Assembly: GCA_963666285.1 (NCBI GenBank) | Contig: OY762711.1 | Source: Sedimentisphaerales bacterium | Lineage (GTDB): Bacteria; Planctomycetota; Phycisphaerae; Sedimentisphaerales; SM23-30 | DNA length: 64,000 nucleotides | Strand: one strand, 5' to 3' | Shown: piece by piece, positions 21,301-29,849 of the stretch | Layout of the letters: the number at the start of each line of letters is the position of its first letter | Position numbering within the stretch: the first letter of the stretch is position 1 | Program-made: the position numbers and the translations under genes | Notes under the pieces: model-generated | Seen by the model: only the letters and a program-made list of their open reading frames with translations | The model's database searches: none | Told to the model about the DNA's origin: nothing

Positions 21301-21903
21301 AAATCAAAGGAGATACACCATCCAGACAACTTATTGCCCCCCCACAGTATAAGTTGATATATCCATTATGTTACTTTCAAAGATACAATTCAATATCGAA
21401 GGACTACCTGCTGCACAATAAATTGCGCCTCCAAGCCGTGCCCCATTTGAGTCTGGAGCATATCCTCTGGTAATTGTCAAACCGTTTAATATGGAATTAT
21501 TTTCTTCATTATTTGCAAAAATGAAACCACGAGCAGGACTTTGTGCAGTACCATTACAATCAATTACTGTACTGGAAATAACATATTTATCATTTGGAGC
21601 AATACTGCGAACCGTAATCGCTTTTCCATTATAATTCAAATCCACGTTACCTGCACCCGTATATGTCCCGGGATATATAATTACTTCATCGCCATCAACA
21701 GCGGCGTCTATTGCTGACTGGATAGTAACTTTGGGACCATGAATTCCATTCCACTCCGAAGCCTGACCATCCCACACATCATTACCATTACCTGATACAT
21801 AGTTAACATCTCCATAGGTAATATTAATTACCATAAAAAGTAAACTTGCACAAATCCTTCTCATACTCATAGATTTATTCTCCATACAGTTACAAAATAA
21901 CAA
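18365..21903 (-). pseudogene. Secreted beta-helix (choice-of-anchor Q-like) + protein-arginine deiminase fusion, split by one frameshift near 21340
   Basis: ORF 21331-21903 has a signal peptide, TIQSAIDAA..GD and GGAIYC. The second frame continues GGAISCLDGVSPLISNCIF into ORF 18365-21307, which has SPCVNQG/IDMGAYE and PAD motifs DRWAQDQ, WLSVGHVDEF, GEVHCG. Confidence 0.8.
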
Positions 21904-22234
21904 AACATAGAAATCAGTAGAGCTTCAATTAATTTGCTAATATATCGCAACTCATAATTTGCAATCATTAATTCTATGAATTATTTTTTTGAGGTTACCA
22001 TAAATTCAACCACAAATTGTATTTTACAACTTAATGCTAGCAAGGCAAATAGTTTTTTATATAATCTTACTAATAAACCTACATGAAAGGAATGTTCTAA
22101 TAATGAAATACGGATAAATAATCCGTTGCTCCGTTTGATAGTGCCGCCCTACGCTCAATCATCGCTATTTCTCGCCAAATAATCCGTATGCTTTTTGGCA
22201 AAAAAGAGCAAATTTGGAGAGTGTAAAATACAAG

Positions 22235-22523
22235 TGACACTAAAATGACTCCATTGGTGTCTTTTTGCGATTTTCACATGCCAAGAAATTGATGCAAGTT
22301 ATTTATCCACAATCTGTTATATCATCGCCGAAAAGTACGTTTTTTAGGCCTACCTAGTCTTAAGAGTACGATATAAGGGATTTTAGACAAAATATAAGTC
22401 ACTAGAGAACAAGGACTTATATAGATAATTATTTATTCTCCAAATACTTACATCAGAAAAATAGTAGTTTAGTAGTAGATAAGTAGTAGACTGCAAATGC
22501 ATACTGCGCACGCAAGTGCGCAC
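22235..22523. repeat. Cluster of short direct-repeat pairs around a degenerate tRNA-Lys core-like sequence
   Basis: TGACACT/TGACTCC (22235, 22246), AGTAGTAGA x2 (22471, 22482), TGCGCAC x2 (22505, 22517), and AAGTACG..TTTAGG..ACCTA..TTAAGAGT (22333-22367). Confidence 0.5.
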
Positions 22524-22686
22524 ATAGGGAAGGTTGTCCTAGGGAAGACAAAGCTTAGGACTATATATGGTATCCTCCAATAATTAAACAATACTCTGGC
22601 TATGATTAAGCTTGACATCAACTCTTCTGGCTGGATAATAACATAATCATTTATTTTTAACTGTAGTTTTTTTTATCCATAACAAC

Positions 22687-23298
22687 ATGAATATAAGCCA
22701 AGAAAAAATTATTCAAGCCAAGAATGTTTTCAAAAGAAATGGTGGCATCCTACGTACCACTGAAGCCCTCAACCAAGGCGTCCACCCAAGAACTCTATAT
22801 TATATGAGAGATAACGGCATACTGGAAGCCTTATGCAGGGGTACATACCGCCTAGCCGAATTGCCCCCACTTGACCAACATGATGTTATAACAGTTGCAT
22901 CAAAAGTAAAATCTGGTGTAATATGCCTCATATCTGCTCTATCATTCCATGAGATAACAACCCAGATTCCACATGAAGTATACACCGCAATAAGTCGCAA
23001 CACAGCATATCCAAAACTTAGCTATCCTCCATCACTATTTTTCAGGTTTTCTGACGACTCTTTTAATGCAGGAATAGAAATTCACAAGATCAGTGGCATC
23101 GAAGTAAAGATTTACTCAGCAGAAAAAACCATTGCGGACTGCTTTAAATATCGAAACAAAATAGGCCTTGATGTCGCTATTGAAGCTATGAAATTCTGGA
23201 GAAAGAAAAAAGATATCAGAATTGACAAGCTGATAGAATACGCCAAAATATGCAGAGTATATAATGTTATCAAGCCGTACGCTGAGGCAATGCTATGA
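22687..23298 (+). CDS. abiEi: Type IV toxin-antitoxin AbiEi-family antitoxin/regulator
   Basis: N-terminal wHTH (GILRT..AL..G.HPRTL...RG.YRL); ICLISALSFHEITTQIP; EKTIADCFKYRNKIGLDVAIEA. Confidence 0.85.
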   Translation: MNISQEKIIQAKNVFKRNGGILRTTEALNQGVHPRTLYYMRDNGILEALCRGTYRLAELPPLDQHDVITVASKVKSGVICLISALSFHEITTQIPHEVYTAISRNTAYPKLSYPPSLFFRFSDDSFNAGIEIHKISGIEVKIYSAEKTIADCFKYRNKIGLDVAIEAMKFWRKKKDIRIDKLIEYAKICRVYNVIKPYAEAML

Positions 23299-24185
23299 GC
23301 CAGAAAAATGTTAAAAATATCGCTGCCTCTATCAAGCAAAAATTGCTTAACAAATCAAAAGAGATGGCTCGACCATTCTCTGAAGTTCTTCAATATTATG
23401 GCCTTGAAAGATTCCTATATCGAATTTCAGCGTCTAAATATCAGAACAACTTTACACTCAAAGGAGCATTGCTATTCACCGCTTGGAGACAGTCTGCTAT
23501 TAGATCAACTGTTGACATTGACCTTCTTGGAAAGGTTAGCAACAATCCCGACGATATAGTCAAGATTTTTCAAGACATCTGTAATCAAAAGACAGAAGAT
23601 GATGGACTTAGATTTGATGATTCCAGCATAGTCGCTGAACAGATAACACTTGATGCTGACTATCAAGGCGTTCGAGTACTCCTCTATGGCTATTTAGATA
23701 CCGCCAGAATTAGAATACAAGTTGATATCGGTTTCTCAGATGTTATTACGCCAGACTCAGAAGTTCTGGAATACCCAACAATACTAGATATGCCAGTTCC
23801 AAAGTTAAACTGTTATAACAAGGAAACAGCAATAGCAGAAAAACTCCAGGCTATGGTCAAACTGGATCTTCTCAATAGCAGGATGAAAGATATATACGAT
23901 ATCTGGATCCTATCTCAGCAATTTGAATTAAACAACCTATCTTTAGCCAATGCCATCCAAAATACTTTTGAACAACGTAAAACTAAAATAACTACAGATA
24001 TTACGACCTTTACAGAAGAGTTTTATCTTAATGATGAGAAAATTGCTCAATGGAAGGGTTTTCTTAAAAGGTCAAAAGTAACTGGCACTCCCATAGAACT
24101 TGAAAAGGCTGTTCTTGATATCAAATCATTTCTGCTTCCTATTTTGACTAAAATCACACAAAAAGATGACATTAGAAAAAACTAG
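23295..24185 (+). CDS. abiEii: AbiEii/AbiGii-family nucleotidyltransferase toxin
   Basis: ERFLYR, LKGALL, RSTVDIDL, IAEK and NSRMKDIYDI motifs; 4-bp overlap (ATGA) with the antitoxin gene. Confidence 0.88.
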   Translation: MSQKNVKNIAASIKQKLLNKSKEMARPFSEVLQYYGLERFLYRISASKYQNNFTLKGALLFTAWRQSAIRSTVDIDLLGKVSNNPDDIVKIFQDICNQKTEDDGLRFDDSSIVAEQITLDADYQGVRVLLYGYLDTARIRIQVDIGFSDVITPDSEVLEYPTILDMPVPKLNCYNKETAIAEKLQAMVKLDLLNSRMKDIYDIWILSQQFELNNLSLANAIQNTFEQRKTKITTDITTFTEEFYLNDEKIAQWKGFLKRSKVTGTPIELEKAVLDIKSFLLPILTKITQKDDIRKN

Positions 24186-24232
24186 ACCCCAAAGTCATCA
24201 ATCTGACAATTCACAACTATTCAAATAATAAG

Positions 24233-24892
24233 CTAGATACCTAATTCGCTAAAATCAAGTTTCCTAAGTTTGAATTTAGAATCTACCATTTTCGATCTTT
24301 TCGGACCAACAGGTTCACTTTTTAGCTGTTCCTCAATCTCTATATATTTTTCTCTGACCAGTGTTACTTTCTTACTATAATATTTATTTCTAACCCATTC
24401 TAATTCTTCTGGTGTACATAAGTCCAAAGCGACCTGCGGCAACTCATCCAGATACAAATATTCAATGTAATCAGAACCATTTTCAACATCAGGTCGTTCC
24501 TGTTCGACGCCCAGAATATGAGGAATAAAGAATAGATTTGCTAACATAGCCTCAACAAGTTTGTCAGATGCTCTTTGCTCATTACCTACCCGATATAAAA
24601 CAAGCATCCATACTAAATAATGAGCAGCATCTCCAATATCATCAGGAAACTTTTCTCCATACCACTGATAGTATTCCAATGCTCCATCCAAATCATCAAT
24701 AAGCAGGTAAAGCAGACCTAGCAAATAACGTTTACCTGCCCCATCGCTTATCCAGCCATGTTCTTCTTGTTCTTTTTTGAAAGATCTTTTATATCTGCTA
24801 ATTCTCTGTTTTAACTTTTTAGGATCAGTGGGTATATCATACATAATGGTATTCCTTCGCTTGCTTTTTCGCCTTATTTCAATATAATTCAC
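24233..24892 (-). CDS. Hypothetical helical protein
   Basis: 219-aa ORF with TPR-like helices (DGAGKRYLLGLLYLL..DLDGALEYY.W....FPDD); start may be the downstream MYDIP. Confidence 0.6.
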   Translation of the reverse strand: MNYIEIRRKSKRRNTIMYDIPTDPKKLKQRISRYKRSFKKEQEEHGWISDGAGKRYLLGLLYLLIDDLDGALEYYQWYGEKFPDDIGDAAHYLVWMLVLYRVGNEQRASDKLVEAMLANLFFIPHILGVEQERPDVENGSDYIEYLYLDELPQVALDLCTPEELEWVRNKYYSKKVTLVREKYIEIEEQLKSEPVGPKRSKMVDSKFKLRKLDFSELGI

Positions 24893-24927
24893 CGATTAAT
24901 TTATACATTAATCCTGGAGAAAGCAAC

Positions 24928-25947
24928 TTGAAAATATTATATAGAGTAATCACTACTATACTGGTTCTTATCTTAAAAAATAAGCAGGCTCTAATCCTTG
25001 AAAATATAGCTCTTCGTCAGCAAATAATAATATTACAACGAAGTGTCAAACGTCCTAAAATAAATAACACTGACCGATTATTCTGGATATGGCTATCTCG
25101 TATCTGGGATAACTGGAAATCAGTATTACTTATCGCTAAACCTGAAACAGTAGTTGGCTGGCATATAAAAGGTTTTAAGGCATATTGGAAATGGAAATCC
25201 CGTAGAGTAGGCAGACCTAATATTGATTGGGATCTTATCAAACTAATAAGGAAGCTACAAAAGGAGAACCATCTCTGGTCTGCTCAACGTATTCAGGGTG
25301 AGCTTGCAAAACTAGGATACTCAGTTTGCGAAAACACTGTCGCCAAGTATATGCAAAAACCAAAACCTACTCCAAACCAAAGACAACGTTGGCGAACATT
25401 CATTAAAAATCACGCAAAACATATTGTCGCTATAGATTTCCTTGTTGTCAGAACAATATGTTTTAAGGCTATCTATGTTTACGTTGCACTTTCACATGAT
25501 CGGAGGAAAATCCTGCATGTTGGCGTAAGTTCCAGACCGCATTCACAGTGGGCAATACAACAATTACGTAAAACATTCGCATTTGATGAAACAACCAAAT
25601 ATGTTATTCGCGATAATGACAAAATATATAGCGATGACTTTAAGCATGTAATTGGAAGTTTTGGTCTGGAAGACAAACCTACCGCCATACACTCACCATG
25701 GCAAAATGCTTATTGCGAAAGAGTAATTGGCACACTTCGCAGAGAATGTCTAGATCATATGATCATCCTCAATGAGAAGCATCTTCGCTCCATTCTAAAT
25801 GAATTTGTTGTTTACTATAATAACAGCAGAACTCACATGTCACTTGCCAAGGATTCTCCTGTTGGCAGAGATGTAAAGACTGAAGGTAAAATCTTCAAAA
25901 AGCCAATACTTGGCGGCCTGCATCACGTTTACAACAGAGCTGCTTGA
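24928..25947 (+). CDS. Integrase-core (rve) DDE transposase, IS3/IS481-related
   Basis: LENIALRQQ, PETVVGWH, AIDF, IRDND, SPWQNAYCERVIGTLRRECLDH and GGLHHVY motifs. Confidence 0.85.
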   Translation: MKILYRVITTILVLILKNKQALILENIALRQQIIILQRSVKRPKINNTDRLFWIWLSRIWDNWKSVLLIAKPETVVGWHIKGFKAYWKWKSRRVGRPNIDWDLIKLIRKLQKENHLWSAQRIQGELAKLGYSVCENTVAKYMQKPKPTPNQRQRWRTFIKNHAKHIVAIDFLVVRTICFKAIYVYVALSHDRRKILHVGVSSRPHSQWAIQQLRKTFAFDETTKYVIRDNDKIYSDDFKHVIGSFGLEDKPTAIHSPWQNAYCERVIGTLRRECLDHMIILNEKHLRSILNEFVVYYNNSRTHMSLAKDSPVGRDVKTEGKIFKKPILGGLHHVYNRAA

Positions 25948-25961
25948 TTATTGATATATAC

Positions 25962-27221
25962 TCAATGGTAATTCAACCATACGGAGAATGTACGCTCTAT
26001 TTTTACGAAAGCATCATGAACTTTCTCGATTTCAGCAATTTTCTCACCAACATCAAAATAAATATTAAATTCAGATTGTTCTACTTCAGAAGTAAATCTA
26101 AAAAGTGAACAATAAGTTGTACCGGTACCCTCCCAGCTGGTATTCTGTAGGTTAAGATCAACGTTCCAGTAACCAGGATCAAGTATTTCTGTTTTTTTGT
26201 CAACATGACCGCCATAATGGACAGGATCGACTTGGCCAGGCCTTGCACTCAATCTAAAAGCTCCTAAACAGTAATCATAAAGGCAGCGTATCCCTGCCAA
26301 TGAATCACTGCCGTACCAATACGATCCTCCACCGGTGTCTGGAGATGAATGAATCATCGCATATGGAGCTCCAGCACCTGGCTTTGATTCAAATACCCTA
26401 TTGTAAAAACCAGTGTGGTAAGTCGGATCCACTAACTGAACCGGCATTTCGGGATAATCTTCCCATCCAATATCAGCAGTCTCTTTTTGCCTTGAAACCA
26501 ATCTTAAACAATCCCACTCAATATACGTCGAAGAAAGTGGTGTTAAAATTATTTTGCTACCTTGTTTAAGGTAATTAGAGCGAAAACGAACAGATTTCGT
26601 ATCTGAATCCATCCAGTAACGATTTCTATAACCATTAATATCGATAAGCATCAACATGGCAGAGCCATTGTTTCTAGCTACAACATCTAAAACAAGCTCA
26701 CATTGCATATCTGCCTGATTAACATCTACATTAAAAAATAATGTTAAGGGATGAACATAACCAATTTTTTCATTCGCCATATGCCTGGCCCAGACATCTT
26801 CAGGGCCAGGAAGATAAGCAGGAAACGAAACCTCAACATTGTCTTGACCAATTTTAAATGTAATATTTTCAGGATAATAATTAGTAAATCTCTCTTTTTC
26901 CCCAGAAATATGAAACTCACTAGAATTGTCATTATCAAGACCTATTTGCCAAAGCAGATCCCCCTGTTCTGCTAGAGTAATCGTGCCTGAGAAAAGAACG
27001 GCAACTATCAATACATACTTATTAAAATCTGTAAGAATCATCTTAATCCTTTCACTGATAATATCTTTCATGTAAATCATTATCATAGATATGCTAAAGT
27101 TAGAACTTACTTTTGTTTTTCTAAAGTATTTAAGCAATCGATCATTAAGAGTAATTGTATTAAAAGTGCATCCTAATATAAATCGTATTTCACGACAAAA
27201 CCATCTTAAATTGCGACACAT
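25962..27221 (-). pseudogene. Truncated secreted glycoside hydrolase (N-terminal LWQIG domain plus start of a GH92-like domain)
   Basis: Likely true start is internal (MILTDFNKYVLIV..., signal peptide). VDP..TG...PGAGAPYAMIHSSPDT resembles the GH92 N-terminus. The ORF stops far short of a full enzyme, 14 bp from the convergent transposase stop. Confidence 0.5.
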
Positions 27222-27607
27222 CCCTTTAAATATTGAAGTGTTAAATATATATGATAGACACTTTTCTAGAGGTCTCTATTTGCATATAATTCTTTCACTT
27301 TGATAAGCACCTAAACATAAGAACAAGTTTAATTTCTGCCCATACATACCAATCGACATCTGAAAGGCAATTGGTAAGAAATTACCTCTGACAATTAACA
27401 GCCCACCATTGAAAAATTGGCATAAGACACATATCTGCAATACATTACAACATTTCCACAACAAACAACATTGATAATTACATAATATTAATGTTGTTCA
27501 ACACCCAAATAATCTATGTATATTTGCTTGATAATTACCTATACAGTTTTGTTGCAACGGTGTGAGAAACTAATGCAAATACCCCTAAAAAGAATGTAAA
27601 TGACTGT

Positions 27608-29785
27608 CTAATATTGAAATTGTATTGGATTTGCCAAGTGATATTCTTTTTCATCTCCCGGATTAACAAGATATGGCAGCAGTCCATCCCATTCTATTTT
27701 CATTTTGGATAAATAATACGATGTTCCACCATCATTTGTCCCCTGGAAAAATAAGTACATATCTCCATTATCATCAGTAAACACTCCCGGATGACCTGAT
27801 TCATCACTGTTCCACTGACCTGCCTCTCCGGCAGGTAAAATCGGGCTTTCAGAAAGTCTATGCCAGGAGATTCCGTCTACGCTGATTGCAACTCCAATCT
27901 GCTGAGGCTGGGCATTATAGGCACCTGCATAGAACATATAGAACAAGCCTGATTTATACAGTACTGCCGGAGCTTCGATACAATTCTTTTCCCAAGCTAT
28001 TTCCGGCTTCAAAACGCTGTGTGCTGCTGCCTCTGTCCAGCTTGACTTGTCAAAATTAGAATTCAAAGGTGCTGTAGCCAGACCAATTTTCTGGATTGAA
28101 TAAGACGTATCCCGTGTGGCATAGTACAGGTAAACCGTCTCATCGTTTTCAATGACATCAGCATCTATTGCTCGCCCGCAAGTCCAATCGGAAACGGCAG
28201 GATGGAAAATCGGATTATCAGCATTTTTGGTAAAGTTTATGCCATCATCAGACCATGCATGGCAAATCGCGTCCCCCGCACCATTACCATAAGTCTGGTA
28301 AAACAAATGAACCTGACCTTTCATGATAACCGCACAAGGAGCACCGTGTCCTTTTGCTTCATAGGAAGTGTCAGCAGGAAGCAAGGCAACCTGTCGCCAA
28401 TATATTAAATCGGTGCTCTCTACGATAGCAATACCTAAGTTACCATTCAATGCCGAGCAGTACATATAATATTTGCCATTCCATGATATTACATCCGGGT
28501 CTTTAGCCCATATCCGATCACCATAATCATATGCATAATACATTTGCGGCAGCGGCATAACATCCTGGGTTGTCTGCCAGGTCAGGGATAAATGGCTGAA
28601 ATCGAGCAGATTAACACTGCTATCATCATTTATATCTGTTCCGGGGCCATAACGATCAGCCTGCCAAATACGCTGATTATCCGGTGAAAGCCAATCGTCA
28701 AGGAATAAACCTAAATCTGAAATATCGACAACCGCATCACGATTAAAGTCTGCAACTGACCTGTCACCATAACCATACTCTGAACGAGTTTTAAAAGACC
28801 AAACCGGCCCTTGAAATAAAATCGGCTCAGAATCATCTTCAGTATCAACATAGGCATCCACACGCCAGAAATATTCAGTATTTAACGCTAGTTTAATTGC
28901 GGGGGTAAACATTTTACCGGTATGCTGTAAGCTGCAATAACTGTCTTTATTGTTGTTAACAGGTATGAAGTCAGCTTCATTAGCTCTAATATATATATCA
29001 TACTTAACGACTCTGTCATCAAGACTTGACCAGCTAAATCCAGCATATGGCTCAATACCAGTACTAATATTTCCAGGACCAGGATTACTTACCACCGATG
29101 TAAAGGTACTAACATCTATATTGAAAAATTCGACCAGGTCAGGAACAGCAGAGCCTGTCTGCACAAGACCAACACGATTATATACAATAGGGGTATTTTC
29201 CGATTGTGGAGTAGTATCAACAACGGAAGTTGAATAACTATAACCGTTATTTCCACTTATTTGAGAACATATACTTAACCCACTATCGACTCTAATGATA
29301 GTTATATTAAAATTGTACATACTGTCCTGACCGCCAGTTCCGGAAATAACAGTATTTGCTCCTAAAACATAACTGCCACGTGATGAACTTGTAGAACCAA
29401 AATCGCCATCGCCTGTGCCGCTTTGTTCGAAAATTCCAACATTACTGACTTTATACCCCAGCCAGTTTCCTTGCGTACTGCTATCGCTTACATCAAACAA
29501 GCCATATCGGAAAAAATCTGAGCAAGCATTAGATCCTGTCAATTTCCAGCTAAAAGACAAATTGACCGAATCACCAACATTCTCCAACTCAATATCATCA
29601 AAAGAAGCCCAAAGAATACACTGCGCTCCATCACCACTTCCAGCCTGCCCTACCGAAGGACTATCTGTATCAGCTCCCACTAAATTTATGCCATATTGCT
29701 GCTGCCAACCCGTAACAGGCAAAGCTGAAACGATTTCGACAGCATAAAATAAACACAAAAATATCAAAATAATATTTTTAATCAC
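27608..29785 (-). CDS. Secreted multidomain GH43-like glycoside hydrolase with internal dockerin-like repeats
   Basis: Signal peptide; YFWRVD; DFNRDAVVDISD and DINDDSSVNLLD; propeller motifs WAKDPDV, AIDADV, IEAPAV, SGHPGVF. Confidence 0.8.
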   Translation of the reverse strand: MIKNIILIFLCLFYAVEIVSALPVTGWQQQYGINLVGADTDSPSVGQAGSGDGAQCILWASFDDIELENVGDSVNLSFSWKLTGSNACSDFFRYGLFDVSDSSTQGNWLGYKVSNVGIFEQSGTGDGDFGSTSSSRGSYVLGANTVISGTGGQDSMYNFNITIIRVDSGLSICSQISGNNGYSYSTSVVDTTPQSENTPIVYNRVGLVQTGSAVPDLVEFFNIDVSTFTSVVSNPGPGNISTGIEPYAGFSWSSLDDRVVKYDIYIRANEADFIPVNNNKDSYCSLQHTGKMFTPAIKLALNTEYFWRVDAYVDTEDDSEPILFQGPVWSFKTRSEYGYGDRSVADFNRDAVVDISDLGLFLDDWLSPDNQRIWQADRYGPGTDINDDSSVNLLDFSHLSLTWQTTQDVMPLPQMYYAYDYGDRIWAKDPDVISWNGKYYMYCSALNGNLGIAIVESTDLIYWRQVALLPADTSYEAKGHGAPCAVIMKGQVHLFYQTYGNGAGDAICHAWSDDGINFTKNADNPIFHPAVSDWTCGRAIDADVIENDETVYLYYATRDTSYSIQKIGLATAPLNSNFDKSSWTEAAAHSVLKPEIAWEKNCIEAPAVLYKSGLFYMFYAGAYNAQPQQIGVAISVDGISWHRLSESPILPAGEAGQWNSDESGHPGVFTDDNGDMYLFFQGTNDGGTSYYLSKMKIEWDGLLPYLVNPGDEKEYHLANPIQFQY

Positions 29786-29849
29786 TTTCTAATCTCCATA
29801 CTATTTTAATAGCAAATAACTATTTCAAACCACATAAACAAAGTGTCCA

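Noticed and set aside
27188..27220. Possible terminal repeat of the rve element (TTGCGACACA)
   Set aside because: No matching partner end or target duplication could be found near the transposase.
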